A stretch of DNA of 60,489 nucleotides from Candidatus Limnocylindrales bacterium (GTDB taxonomy: Bacteria > Chloroflexota > Limnocylindria > Limnocylindrales > CSP1-4), in the NCBI GenBank assembly GCA_038220425.1, contig JBBRIV010000001.1:1-60489 (forward strand), given 5' to 3'. Numbering within the stretch: the first letter of the stretch is position 1; the number at the start of each line of letters is the position of its first letter. The notes under the pieces are model-generated. The model was not told the origin of the DNA and searched no databases. It worked only from the letters and a program-made list of their open reading frames with translations. Shown here one piece after another: positions 26,725 to 36,661 of this stretch. The position numbers were made by a program, and so were the translations under genes.

Positions 26725-27965
26725 GCGATCGCCAGCCCCAGCGCCTGACGATCGTAACCCCAACGACCGCCCAGTTCCAGTCGGAGATCTACCGGATCGG
26801 GGGCAGTGCGGTCGCCCGCGGCCACGAGGTCAGCGTGATCGCCCGCTGGGCACCGGGCCTGGCCATCGAGGAGCGTCATCCAGCCGGCTACCGGATCATC
26901 CGGATCCCGGTCGATCCGCGCGAGGGCCTGCCCATGCCGGCCCGCCTCCGTCGCCAGATCCGGCGGCGGGCCGCCGGCACCGTCCGTCATCCGCGTCGCG
27001 GCCCTGCTCGTCTGCTCGAGATCCGGGGTGGGTCCGTGGAGGCCAACCGGATCGCGCCGCCGGCCGACCTGGTCCTGGGCTTCCACTACCTGGGAATCGG
27101 CGCGGCCCTGACCCTGGGCCGGCGCGACGGTGTCCCGGTGGTCTACGACGCCGGCGACATCTACCTCGCCTCCACCGCGCTCATCCGGCTGCCCTGGTTG
27201 ATCCGCTCGGCCATCCGGCGCTACGAGCGGGCGGCCGCCAAACGAGCCAGCGGCATCGTCACGGCCAACGAGGCCTACGCCCAGGAGCTGGCTCGCCGGC
27301 TGGAAGTGGCCCTGCCGGTGGCGGTCATGAACTGCCCACCGCGGACGACCCCGCCGGCGGTCCAGCCGCGCCGCTTCCACGAGGCGCTCGGCCTGGAACC
27401 GGGCACCCGGGTCGTCCTGTACCACGGTGGCTTCACGCCCGAGCGGGGGATCGAGGAGCTGATCGCGGCCATCCCGTCGGTCCGCCAGGCCGTCCTGGTC
27501 CTGCTCGGGTTCGGACCGCTGGCCGCCACCTACCAGGCGATCGCGGCCGATCCGGCAAGCGCCGGGCGGGTCCGGGTGATGGCCGCCGTGGAACCGGCCG
27601 ACCTGCTCGAATGGGTCGCCTCCGCCGACGTAGCCGCCATGCCGATCCAGCCGACGACCCTCAACCATCGGCTGACCACGCCCAACAAGCTCTTCGAAGC
27701 CATGGCCGTCGGCGTGCCGGTGGTTGCCAGTGACCTGCCCGGGATGGCCGCGATCGTGCGCTCGGTGGATGCCGGCCGGCTGGTGGATCCCACCGACCCG
27801 GCGTCCATTGCCCGCGGGCTCAACCGGGTCCTGGATGCGCCCGAGGACGTCCAGCTCGCTCGCCGGACGCGGATCCTGGCGGCGGCCCACGACCTGTACA
27901 ACTGGGAGACCCAGTCGGCCAGCCTGTTCAACGAGTTCGGGCGGCTCACCGGCCGGCCGTGGTGA
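26721..27965 (+). CDS. glycosyltransferase family 4
   Basis: In frame with ORF 26265..27965. GTG at 26721 overlaps the wbpI stop. ...VVLYHGGFTPERGIEEL...TPNKLFEAMAVGVPVVASDLPG. Confidence 0.85.
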   Translation: MSDRQPQRLTIVTPTTAQFQSEIYRIGGSAVARGHEVSVIARWAPGLAIEERHPAGYRIIRIPVDPREGLPMPARLRRQIRRRAAGTVRHPRRGPARLLEIRGGSVEANRIAPPADLVLGFHYLGIGAALTLGRRDGVPVVYDAGDIYLASTALIRLPWLIRSAIRRYERAAAKRASGIVTANEAYAQELARRLEVALPVAVMNCPPRTTPPAVQPRRFHEALGLEPGTRVVLYHGGFTPERGIEELIAAIPSVRQAVLVLLGFGPLAATYQAIAADPASAGRVRVMAAVEPADLLEWVASADVAAMPIQPTTLNHRLTTPNKLFEAMAVGVPVVASDLPGMAAIVRSVDAGRLVDPTDPASIARGLNRVLDAPEDVQLARRTRILAAAHDLYNWETQSASLFNEFGRLTGRPW

Positions 27966-29215
27966 CTGCCGCTCCGCTGGCGGCTCGCCGGCCGCGGGCG
28001 GTGATCCTGGTCCCCAGTCCGGCCAATCCCTACTCGCGGGCGCTCCGGATCGCGCGCAGCCTGGCCGGGGCCGGCTACGACGTGGAGATCGCCGCCGTTG
28101 ACGAGCCGGGTGTCCCGCGCGAGGAGCGCGACGGCGAGATCGTCATCCGGCGCTATGTTCCGCAACGTGAGTCACGGCTGACCCGCCTGCCCGGGATCCG
28201 CCAGGCTCGCCAGGTGGCCCTGTGGCCCGAGGCTGACCGGGGCTGGTATCGAACGCTCCGTCGCCAGCTTCGCCCGGCCGACCTGTACCACGCCTGCGGC
28301 TACCGCACGGTCGGGGTTGCCCTGGAGCTGGCCGCTGCAGCCCGGCGCCCAACAGCGGATGGCCCGGGCCGGGCCGGCCGGGTGGTCTATGACGTGATCG
28401 ATGTCCAGCTCGACACGCAGGTCTACAACCACCTGCCCGGCCTGGTCCGGACCATCCACGGCCTTCGCGAGCGGCGCTGGATCCGGGCCGCGGACGCCGT
28501 GGTGACCGTGAACCAACCCATCGCCGATCACCTGGCCCGGACCTGGCCGCTGGCCGATCCGCCCACCGTCCTGCTCAACTGCCAGCCGCGCTGGAAACCA
28601 CCGGCGATCCGGCCCAGCCACCTGCGCGACCTGACCGGCATTCCGTCCGAACGAACCGTGGTCCTGTTCCTGGGCAAGCTGGCCGAGCAGAAGGGCCTGG
28701 ACGAGGTGGCCGAGGCGGTCCTGCGCCTGCCCGACGCGGCGTTCGTGTTGATGGGCTTCGGGACCCTCGCCGACCGCTCGCGCGAGCGTGATCGGGATCC
28801 GCGCTTCGCCGGTCGCCACTTCACGATTCCGCCAGTCCATCCCGACGCCGTGCCCGAGTGGACTGCCTCGGCCGACGTGTCGATCGTGGCCGTACCCTCC
28901 AACTCGCTCAACCAGCGCCTGGCCACGCCCAACAAGTTCTGGGAAAGCCTGACCGCCGGGACGCCGGTGGTGGTCGGTCGTGACCTGGAAGTGATGCAGG
29001 CGATCCTGGCCGCGGACGATCTGGGGGCCAGTGCGAACCAGGCTGATCCGGCCGACCTGGCCCGGGCCCTGGCCTCGATCGTGGACCGCCCGCCGGCCGA
29101 GCGGCTGGCCATGCGCGAACGCTGCCTGCGGGTCACCCGCGAGCGCTACAACTGGGAGCTGGCCGTCGAGCCCTACCTGGCCCTGGTGCGACGGCTGGTG
29201 CCGCCAAGCGTCTGA
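27959..29215 (+). CDS. glycosyltransferase family 4 (paralogous to the preceding gene)
   Basis: GTG overlaps the upstream stop. VVLFLGKLAEQKGLDEV...TPNKFWESLTAGTPVVVG. Confidence 0.85.
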   Translation: MVTAAPLAARRPRAVILVPSPANPYSRALRIARSLAGAGYDVEIAAVDEPGVPREERDGEIVIRRYVPQRESRLTRLPGIRQARQVALWPEADRGWYRTLRRQLRPADLYHACGYRTVGVALELAAAARRPTADGPGRAGRVVYDVIDVQLDTQVYNHLPGLVRTIHGLRERRWIRAADAVVTVNQPIADHLARTWPLADPPTVLLNCQPRWKPPAIRPSHLRDLTGIPSERTVVLFLGKLAEQKGLDEVAEAVLRLPDAAFVLMGFGTLADRSRERDRDPRFAGRHFTIPPVHPDAVPEWTASADVSIVAVPSNSLNQRLATPNKFWESLTAGTPVVVGRDLEVMQAILAADDLGASANQADPADLARALASIVDRPPAERLAMRERCLRVTRERYNWELAVEPYLALVRRLVPPSV

Positions 29216-29239
29216 GCCAGCCGGCGTCTGGCCAGACGG

Positions 29240-30097
29240 TCAGAGTGCGGCGGCTGCCAGCTGCCGGGCGATCTCCGCTTCGCGCTCGATCCGGGCTCGA
29301 TCCGAACGTTCGCGATGGAGCGCCACCACGTCGGCGGGATTGCCCTCGGCAATGACGTGGCCCTTCTCCAGGAGCATCGCCCGGTTGCAGAACTCCTCGG
29401 CCCAGTGCAGGTCGTGGGTCACCAGGACGATCCCCTTGGCTGCCTTGGCCAGCTCGGCCACGCGCCGCTGGCTCTTGACCCGGAAGACCGCATCGCCGGT
29501 CCCCAGGACCTCGTCGATGATCAGGACGTCGGGGTCGACGGCCGTCGCGATCGAGAACCCCAGGCGCGCCTTCATGCCCGACGAATAAGTCCGGATGGGA
29601 GCATCGATGAACTGGCCGATATCGGCGAACTCGATGATCCCGGCCAGCCGTTCGCGCATCTCCCGGTCGTCGATGCCCATGAACGCGCCGGCCAGCAGGA
29701 CGTTGTCCCGCCCGCTCAGCTCCGGGTCGAACCCGGCGCCCAGGGTCAGCAGGCTGGAGATATTGCCGACGACCTCGATCGTTCCCTCGCTGGGGGTCAG
29801 GATCCCGGCCATCACCTGGAGCAGGGTGCTCTTGCCGGCGCCGTTGGGACCGATGATCGCCAGGCTTTCGCCGTGGGCCACCCGGAAGCTGACGTCCTTG
29901 AGAGCCCAGAACGAGCGATCCTCGCGGGAGATCCGGGTGAGATTGCGGAAGGCGCCCCGGATCGTGGTCTTCTTGCTCAGGCGCAGGTCGTAGCGGATCC
30001 CCAGGCCCTGGACATCCATCATGTAGTCGGGCTCGGCCGATCCCGCCACCCCGCCGGGATTCACCGCGGAACGACGCCTGCCCAGCAGCGAGACCAT
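29240..30097 (-). CDS. wzt: polysaccharide/teichoic-acid ABC exporter ATP-binding protein (Wzt/TagH type, NBD only)
   Basis: Walker A GPNGAGKST, signature YSSGMKARLGF, Walker B LIIDEVL. 285 aa with no C-terminal carbohydrate-binding domain. Confidence 0.92.
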   Translation of the reverse strand: MVSLLGRRRSAVNPGGVAGSAEPDYMMDVQGLGIRYDLRLSKKTTIRGAFRNLTRISREDRSFWALKDVSFRVAHGESLAIIGPNGAGKSTLLQVMAGILTPSEGTIEVVGNISSLLTLGAGFDPELSGRDNVLLAGAFMGIDDREMRERLAGIIEFADIGQFIDAPIRTYSSGMKARLGFSIATAVDPDVLIIDEVLGTGDAVFRVKSQRRVAELAKAAKGIVLVTHDLHWAEEFCNRAMLLEKGHVIAEGNPADVVALHRERSDRARIEREAEIARQLAAAAL

Positions 30098-30098
30098 C

Positions 30099-30968
30099 TC
30101 AGATGACCTTGGCGAAGGCCGGCTCGAGCCGCTTGAAGATGAGCGTCGTGAAGCCGATCAGGACGCACGACAGGGCGAGCACGACGGCCAGTCCCACGAA
30201 GTCAGGCAGCTCCGGCCGGCCGCTGGCGCCGCCGTAGATCACGTTGTGGTACGACTCGAACAGGTAGACCCACGGGTTGAGCCGGTAGATCTGGGCGATC
30301 AGGCCGTACTTGTCGGGGTTCAGCGCAGTCGTGGCGTAGAGGGCCGGCGACAGGTAGAACCACAGGCGCAGGAAGTGCCGGGCCAGGTTGCCCAGGTCCC
30401 GGAAGAAGACGTTGATCGCCGCCGCGATGCACAGCGACAGGGTGAAGAAGAACTGGACGAAGGCGACCACCGGGATCAGCAGCAGGTACGGCGACAACCG
30501 GCCCGGGTAGAAGGCGACCATCATCCCGATCAGCGGGATCAGACCGAAGACGAAGCTGACCACGCCGCTGACCGTGGCCGCCACGGGCAGCACGATCGTG
30601 GGGAACTTGACCTGCTTGATGATCGCTTCGCGCGACGTCACCGACAGGATGGCGTCGTTGATGCTGGTCGAAAACCACTTCCAGGGCAGGATCGCGGCGA
30701 ACACGAAGAGCGGATAGTCCGCGCCGCCGCGCTGCAGGATCACCGACACGAAGATGACGTAGATGGCCATCTGGAGGAGCGGATCCAGGACCCACCAGAT
30801 GTTGCCAAGGACGGTGTTGGCACCGTGCTTGATCATGTCTGCCTGGACCAGGTAGCGGGCCAGCTGGCGACGTGACCAGATCTCGCGGAGGCCCTCGGCG
30901 ACCAGCTTGAGGGCCCCCGGGCGCGCCTGCGTGTTCATCCGGCGCTGCATCCCGGTCGTGGTTGCCAT
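30099..30968 (-). CDS. wzm: ABC-2 type polysaccharide exporter permease (Wzm/TagG type)
   Basis: Six TM segments. ...VLGNIWWVLDPLLQMAIYVIF... Its stop is adjacent to the wzt start. Confidence 0.92.
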   Translation of the reverse strand: MATTTGMQRRMNTQARPGALKLVAEGLREIWSRRQLARYLVQADMIKHGANTVLGNIWWVLDPLLQMAIYVIFVSVILQRGGADYPLFVFAAILPWKWFSTSINDAILSVTSREAIIKQVKFPTIVLPVAATVSGVVSFVFGLIPLIGMMVAFYPGRLSPYLLLIPVVAFVQFFFTLSLCIAAAINVFFRDLGNLARHFLRLWFYLSPALYATTALNPDKYGLIAQIYRLNPWVYLFESYHNVIYGGASGRPELPDFVGLAVVLALSCVLIGFTTLIFKRLEPAFAKVI

Positions 30969-31020
30969 ACGGCCGGTAGCCTAGCATGGCCGCCCTCGTG
31001 AGCCCTGCCTGGCGTCGGGC

Positions 31021-31872
31021 CTAGGCGGTTCGCCGGCGGGCGACGAGAAGCTCGGTCGAAGGCCCGCCCCGGCTGACCTTGGTCAGGCCTCGATCGATCC
31101 AGCCCAGGACTCGACCCAGCCGGTAGCCGCGTTTGGGTTCGTCCATCAGGCGTTGCTCGGTCCGGCTCCACCAGTCCGCGGCCAGCCTGGCCCGGCGGCC
31201 CGGCGGCAGGTCCAGGGCCGGGTGCATCGTGACGAAGATCGGCATCCGGCCCAGGACGTCAAAGCCGGCCCGGTCCAGCGCCTGCTTGTAGTCGTCCAGG
31301 GTCCGGCTGACCTGGTGGAAGCCCCGGAACGCCTCGCCGTGCAGGAACAGGTCGGACACGAGCAGGAGCCCACCGGGCCGGGTTACCCGACCGGCCTCCC
31401 GAATGGCCGCCGCGAAGCGCTCGTCGTCGGTGATGTGGAACAGGACGTCGAAGGCGGTCACGATGTCGGCCGAGGCATCGTCGGTCGGCCAGCGCTCGCT
31501 GACGTCGACCTCGGCGAAGCGGTACTCGGGATACTTGGCGGCCAGCCGCTCGGTCACCACGGCTGTGATGTCCAAGCCCAGCAGGGAGCCGATCCCGAGC
31601 GTCTTCCAGTAATCGATATAGAAGCCCGTGCCCGGGCCGAGCTCGACGACCGCGGCCCCCGCGACCTTGATCCGATAGCGCCGGATCGTCCGGCCCAGGA
31701 CCACCAGGCGCTGGCGATAGAGGGCCAGGTTGAACGGCCAGCCAAGCCGGCTGTAACCCACCCCGATCATGTCGAAGTGGTGGCGCAGGCGGCTCTCCCA
31801 GAACTCGGCCGCGTTGTAGACGGGCGGCGGCGCGGCCGGCTGCTGCGGCGGGGGATCGGCTTCGGGCTGCAT
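31021..31872 (-). CDS. class I SAM-dependent methyltransferase
   Basis: ORF 31021..31938. Motif I VVELGPGTGFY and post-I DIVTAFDVLFHI. Start taken at Met 31872 or 31881 to avoid overlapping the divergent gene. Confidence 0.8.
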   Translation of the reverse strand: MQPEADPPPQQPAAPPPVYNAAEFWESRLRHHFDMIGVGYSRLGWPFNLALYRQRLVVLGRTIRRYRIKVAGAAVVELGPGTGFYIDYWKTLGIGSLLGLDITAVVTERLAAKYPEYRFAEVDVSERWPTDDASADIVTAFDVLFHITDDERFAAAIREAGRVTRPGGLLLVSDLFLHGEAFRGFHQVSRTLDDYKQALDRAGFDVLGRMPIFVTMHPALDLPPGRRARLAADWWSRTEQRLMDEPKRGYRLGRVLGWIDRGLTKVSRGGPSTELLVARRRTA

Positions 31873-31936
31873 CCCGACCATGATCGCCGACCGGGACTCA
31901 TGACGCGCAATGGCGGCGTACCCGACAATGCCGCTC

Positions 31937-33793
31937 ATGACGGATGAAGCGCCCGCCCAGCCGCCGCGGTCCGATCAGCAGATCACCGAACGGACGGCCG
32001 CGGGCTACCGCGAGGACCTGATCGCCGAGCTGGAGGCCGAGAACGGCCGGCTGCGCGAACGGACCGACACCCTCCAGCGCTGGCTCAACGAGCGCACCGC
32101 CGAGTTGCGCGCCTTCGGGCTGGCGGCCCAGGCGGTCCAGGGCGCCCGGCGGGTCGTCCGCCAGCCGACCCTGCTGGCCCGGGTGCCGGGGGCTGCGCTG
32201 CGCGCCGTCCGCGGCGGCAACCGCTCCGCCGCTGGTCCGGAGCCCGTCGTCAAGGCCAGCCAGCCGGCTCGCCGCTTGCCGGCCCCTGGCCCGAGTCGCC
32301 GAATCCGTCCAGCCCGCTCGACTGCGACGCTGACCGTGGCCCTGGTCACCGACGAGTCACTCGCCTTGGCCCTCGGTCCGGAGTGCCGGGTGATCCGCCT
32401 CACGGCTGAGGATTGGCAGGCCCAGCTGGCCGCCGATCCGCCCGACTTCGTCCTGGTCGAGTCGGCCTGGCGGGGCACCGCCGGGTCGTGGCAGTACCGG
32501 ATCGCGTGGTACGGGCACCCGACCTCGGTCGGCCTGGTGGACCTGCGTGCCCTGACCGGCTGGTGCGCGTCCAACGGCGTTCCCACCATCTTCTGGGACA
32601 CCGCGGGACTGGTTGCCGAGGGACGGTTCGATGAGGCCGCGGCCCTCTTCGACATCATCCTGGTCAGCGATCCCGTCCTCATCGACCACTACGACACGGT
32701 GCCCGGCCGGCACGCCGCGATCGTCGACTGGCTGGCGCCCGGGATCCAGTTCCGGCGGCATCATCCCGGCCCCGTGCCGGCAGCTGGCAACCCGGCCAAG
32801 TCCGGCCCGATCTTCGTGGGCGCCTTTGACCGGACCCGTCCCCTGGCCGATCGCGAGGCACTCGAACGGCTCCTCGACGCCGGCCTGGCGCGTGGCCTGC
32901 GGATCCACGACACGGCCGGCATCGCCGGTCCCGACGCGCCCGGCTTCCCGGAGCGCTTCCAGGCATCGATCGCCCCGTTTGTGGGGCTCGCCGCGCTGCC
33001 GGACCTCATCCGGCAAGCCGCTGTGGTCCTGGTCGACGCGCCGGGTGGCGATGCCCGGACCATCCCGGTCGCCGCGCTCGAGGCCCTCGCCTGCGGCGTG
33101 CCGGTCGTGACAACACCGAATTCCGCCATCCACCAGCGCTTTGGGGACCTGGTCCCGGGCGCCGCAGCGGATGACGACCCAGGTGCCGCGATCGACGCGA
33201 TCCTGGCCGATCCGGTCGCCGCCCGGCAGCGGATCATGCAGTCCATCCTGCCTGCCCTGATTCGCGACGATCGCATGGAGACGCGCCTGGCCAGCCTTGC
33301 CCAGGCCGTCCGAATCGATGTCCTGGCGAGCCCCACCGGAGTGGCCGTGGCGGTGGTCCATGACGATCCTGCGCGCATGGCGATCGTCGCCGCCGATCTC
33401 GCCGGGCTGGCCGACGCCAGCGAGTACCTGGTCGGGACGAGCCAGTGGGCCGGCGCCGGCTCGGCCCTCGCGGCCGCGCTCCGGGCCGCCCGGCCCGACC
33501 GGCCCGTCCGACTCGTCGAGCAGGACCCGGCCCTGAGCCGCGGGCAGCGCCTCGAGCGCCTCGCGAGCACCGCCAGCGCAGACTGGATCGGCGCCTGGCT
33601 GGATGAACCCGCAACGGCTGGGCCGGGGGAGGCGGCCGCTGGCGCGGCGCGCCCGCTAGCCGCGGACCCGCTCGCGGCCGTGCTTGCCGGGACCGTCTAC
33701 GAGCAGGGCGACGTCATCGCGGGAGCGGACCCACGCCTGGCCCTGGTGGTCCGCCGGACGGCCGTGGTCGCGACTGGCTGGCCGGACTCATGA
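31937..33793 (+). CDS. CgeB-like glycosyltransferase-family protein with N-terminal coiled-coil
   Basis: ORF 31910..33793. Coiled-coil YREDLIAELEAENGRLRERTDTLQRWLNERTAELRAF. Then DFVLVESAWRG...VPTIFWDTAG...FDIILVSDP, typical of the CgeB/DUF3880 family. Confidence 0.6.
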   Translation: MTDEAPAQPPRSDQQITERTAAGYREDLIAELEAENGRLRERTDTLQRWLNERTAELRAFGLAAQAVQGARRVVRQPTLLARVPGAALRAVRGGNRSAAGPEPVVKASQPARRLPAPGPSRRIRPARSTATLTVALVTDESLALALGPECRVIRLTAEDWQAQLAADPPDFVLVESAWRGTAGSWQYRIAWYGHPTSVGLVDLRALTGWCASNGVPTIFWDTAGLVAEGRFDEAAALFDIILVSDPVLIDHYDTVPGRHAAIVDWLAPGIQFRRHHPGPVPAAGNPAKSGPIFVGAFDRTRPLADREALERLLDAGLARGLRIHDTAGIAGPDAPGFPERFQASIAPFVGLAALPDLIRQAAVVLVDAPGGDARTIPVAALEALACGVPVVTTPNSAIHQRFGDLVPGAAADDDPGAAIDAILADPVAARQRIMQSILPALIRDDRMETRLASLAQAVRIDVLASPTGVAVAVVHDDPARMAIVAADLAGLADASEYLVGTSQWAGAGSALAAALRAARPDRPVRLVEQDPALSRGQRLERLASTASADWIGAWLDEPATAGPGEAAAGAARPLAADPLAAVLAGTVYEQGDVIAGADPRLALVVRRTAVVATGWPDS

Positions 33794-35304
33794 CCCGGAT
33801 CCTGTTCTACTCGCCGGCCAACCTCAACACGATCGACGGTTCGGCGATCTGGGTCCAGTCGGTTGCCGAGACCCTCCACGTGGGCGCCACGACCAACATC
33901 GTGCTGCCCCTGCGAGCACCCGAGCAGCGCGACGTGATCACGGGCCTCCTGCGCCGGCTGCCCCGGGTGGAGCTGATCCCGGCTCAGCAGGCGGTCAGCC
34001 GCAAGGTGGGGGCGAACGGGATCGCCACCAACGAGGTGATCGACCTGATCGAGCGACTCGACCGCGAGCAGCCCTTTGACGTGATCCTGATTCGCAAGTT
34101 CGAGGTGGCCCAGGCCGCGGTGCGCAGCCCCCAACTGCGCGATCGGCTGTGGAGCACGTACGTCCTGGAGCCCGAGAACGACCCAACCGCGCCAAGCCAC
34201 CTGCGCGACCTGGCCGAGATCGCCTCGGGCTCGCGCTACCTCGTGGCCCAGTCCGAGGAGATGCGCGCGCTGACCGAGGCGATCGTGCCGGCCGCCCGGG
34301 GCCGGACCCTGCTTTTGCCGCCGGCCATCCCGAACGCGCCGGCCCATCGGGCCGATCCGGGCGTGATCGTGCCCCGCCTGATCTACACCGGCAAGTTCAG
34401 CCCGTTCTACCCGGTCCGCCAGCTGATCGGGTTCTTCGAGGAGATCCGGCCGGAGGTCCCCGGGCTGGAGTTCCACGTGGTCGGCGACAAGATCCATCGG
34501 CCCCGGGAGGACCCCACCCACGCGCCGCTCCTGGAGCATGCCCTGACCCACACCGACGGCGTCATCTGGCACGGCGGGTTGCCCCGCGACGAGGTCGAGA
34601 CGCTGGTCGCCCAGGGTGGCGTGGCCCTCAGCCTGTGGGACTACCGCTACGGTTCGCGGATGAACGACCTGGTCATCTCGACCAAGCTCCTCGACTACGC
34701 CTCGGTTGGCGTGCCGGTGATCCTCAATCGGACCGCCGCCCAGGAATCCGTCCTGGGCCCGGACTATCCGCTGTTCGTGACCCGCCTCGAGCAGACCCTG
34801 CCGCTCCTGCGCCGAGTCCTGACCGACCCGGGTCTGTACCGGGCGGCGGCCGAGGCAACGTTCGCCGGTAGCCGTGCCTTCACCTATGCCAACGCCTTTG
34901 CCGGGATCGAGCCGTTCCTCAGCGGGAGCGGGGCGGACGAGCTCCTGAACCGCTCGAAGCTGCCCGGCGCGGAGCGCAACGTGGGCGTCTTCGGCCGGGC
35001 CGCTGAGCCGGCCGGGCTGCCTGGGCTCGAGGCGATCGCGGCCGGCCTGGCTGCCCGCGACGAGCGCTTCCGGCTGATCGTGGCTGCGTCCCCGGTCGCG
35101 GGCCGCCCGGCCGGCGCGCCGGCGATCGCATTCGTACCCGCGCTGGATCCGGCCAACTGGCTGCGCATGGTGGGCCCGGTGATCGTTGCACCGGACGACG
35201 GGCTGGCCCTCGGTCAGGTTCGGGCTTCCGGATCGAGGCCGATCCCGATGAGCGATCCCGGGACGGTCCTGGCCGCCATCCTCGAGCCCGGTCCGGTGGC
35301 CTGA
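33790..35304 (+). CDS. GT-B fold glycosyltransferase (family uncertain)
   Basis: MTRILFYSPANLNTIDGSAIW..., ...LIYTGKFSPFYP...ISTKLLDYASVGVPVILN. ATGA coupling to both neighbouring genes. Confidence 0.6.
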   Translation: MTRILFYSPANLNTIDGSAIWVQSVAETLHVGATTNIVLPLRAPEQRDVITGLLRRLPRVELIPAQQAVSRKVGANGIATNEVIDLIERLDREQPFDVILIRKFEVAQAAVRSPQLRDRLWSTYVLEPENDPTAPSHLRDLAEIASGSRYLVAQSEEMRALTEAIVPAARGRTLLLPPAIPNAPAHRADPGVIVPRLIYTGKFSPFYPVRQLIGFFEEIRPEVPGLEFHVVGDKIHRPREDPTHAPLLEHALTHTDGVIWHGGLPRDEVETLVAQGGVALSLWDYRYGSRMNDLVISTKLLDYASVGVPVILNRTAAQESVLGPDYPLFVTRLEQTLPLLRRVLTDPGLYRAAAEATFAGSRAFTYANAFAGIEPFLSGSGADELLNRSKLPGAERNVGVFGRAAEPAGLPGLEAIAAGLAARDERFRLIVAASPVAGRPAGAPAIAFVPALDPANWLRMVGPVIVAPDDGLALGQVRASGSRPIPMSDPGTVLAAILEPGPVA

Positions 35305-36593
35305 TGCGGATCCTCCACGCGGCCCGCAACGTCGCCAACCAGGCCGGCGACGTGGTCGTTGCCCTGCGTCGGCTTGGCCACGACGCCGAGCTGTGGGAGT
35401 ACGGCTCGAACCCGTTCGGCTTCCCCAGCGATCGCCAGATCGATGTCGAACCCGGTGATCCCACGATCTTCTGGCAAACGTTCCTCGAGTCGATCGACCG
35501 GTTCGACGTGATTCACTTCCATTTCGCCCGGACCTTCTTTCCCAACGCCTGGCGCGGCGTGCCGGCCTTCTGGGACATGCCGATCTACCGGATGCTGGGC
35601 AAGAAGCTGTTCTTCACGTTCCACGGCTCGGACATCCGGATCCGGCGGATCCATGAACAGGTCAACCCGTGGAGCTACTACAAGCACTCGGATATCGCCT
35701 CCGATGATGACCGGACCGAGAAGACGATCGAGGCGATCCGGACCTATGCCAACCGGATGTTCGTCGTGTCGATCGACTATCTGCCGTTCGTGCCCGAGGC
35801 CGAGGTCGTCGAGCGGGTCATCGACCTGGCGGCCTGGCCCGAACAGGCCCCCGAGCAACGCGTCCGGCCCACCGTCGTGCACATTCCCGGTCAGCGTGGG
35901 ACCAAGGGCAGCGACTACGTGATTGCCGGCATGAACCGGCTGATCGAGGAAGGCCTGGAGGTTGACTTCCAGCTGCTCGAGGGGGTCAGCCATGACGATG
36001 CGGCCCGGGCCATCCGGAACGCCGACATCGTGGTCGATAACCTGCTGACCGGCGATTACGAGGTCGTCTCCCTCGAAGCGATGGCCTCCAGCCGGGTCAG
36101 CCTGGCCAACATCCAGTCGGCCGTGGCCACGGCCTACCCCGACGCGCCGGTCGTGAGCGTCAATCCGGACACCTTTGTCGATCGGATGCGCAGCCTGGTA
36201 GGCAATATCGATGAGCGCCGGGCGCTGGCCGCCCGAGGCCGGCCGTACGTTGCCCGGATCCACGACGGGCCGGTCATTGCGGCCAGGCTGCTGGACTACT
36301 ACCAGGCCGACTACCCGCCGGTTGCCAACGGGACCCTGCCCGACTGGTTCAGCCTGGACGGCAAGCGCGAGATCGAAAAGCTCCAGTCACGCATCTTTCG
36401 ACTCCAACAGGAGCTGGTCAGGGAGCGCCGCGACGAGGATCGCCTGCGTCACCAGCTGGGCCTGCCCAAGCTGGGGATCGGCGATCGAGAGCACCCGCAG
36501 ACAACCTCCGAAAAGGCCCTCGACTACGTGCCCGGGCCCATCCGTCGGGTCCTCCGCCGGGGCCGCGCCCGAGCCGAAGGCCGCAAAGGTTGA
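35304..36593 (+). CDS. GT-B-like glycosyltransferase-family protein with C-terminal coiled-coil
   Basis: MRILHAARNVANQAGDVVVALRRLGHD..., FTFHGSDIR. C-terminal KREIEKLQSRIFRLQQELVRERRDEDRLRHQL. Confidence 0.5.
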   Translation: MRILHAARNVANQAGDVVVALRRLGHDAELWEYGSNPFGFPSDRQIDVEPGDPTIFWQTFLESIDRFDVIHFHFARTFFPNAWRGVPAFWDMPIYRMLGKKLFFTFHGSDIRIRRIHEQVNPWSYYKHSDIASDDDRTEKTIEAIRTYANRMFVVSIDYLPFVPEAEVVERVIDLAAWPEQAPEQRVRPTVVHIPGQRGTKGSDYVIAGMNRLIEEGLEVDFQLLEGVSHDDAARAIRNADIVVDNLLTGDYEVVSLEAMASSRVSLANIQSAVATAYPDAPVVSVNPDTFVDRMRSLVGNIDERRALAARGRPYVARIHDGPVIAARLLDYYQADYPPVANGTLPDWFSLDGKREIEKLQSRIFRLQQELVRERRDEDRLRHQLGLPKLGIGDREHPQTTSEKALDYVPGPIRRVLRRGRARAEGRKG

Positions 36594-36621
36594 CGCACGG
36601 GTCGACGCAAGGGTCGACGCA
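36589..36621. repeat. three 9-bp motifs gt(t/c)gacgca spaced at a 12-bp period
   Basis: Motifs start at 36589, 36601 and 36613. The first contains the upstream stop TGA; the second and third contain the palindrome gtcgac. They lie in the 68-bp spacer before the next GT4 gene. Confidence 0.8.
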
Positions 36622-36661
36622 GGGCCCGATCGCCGGCGCCCCGGATCGGCGCCCGGTGGCC

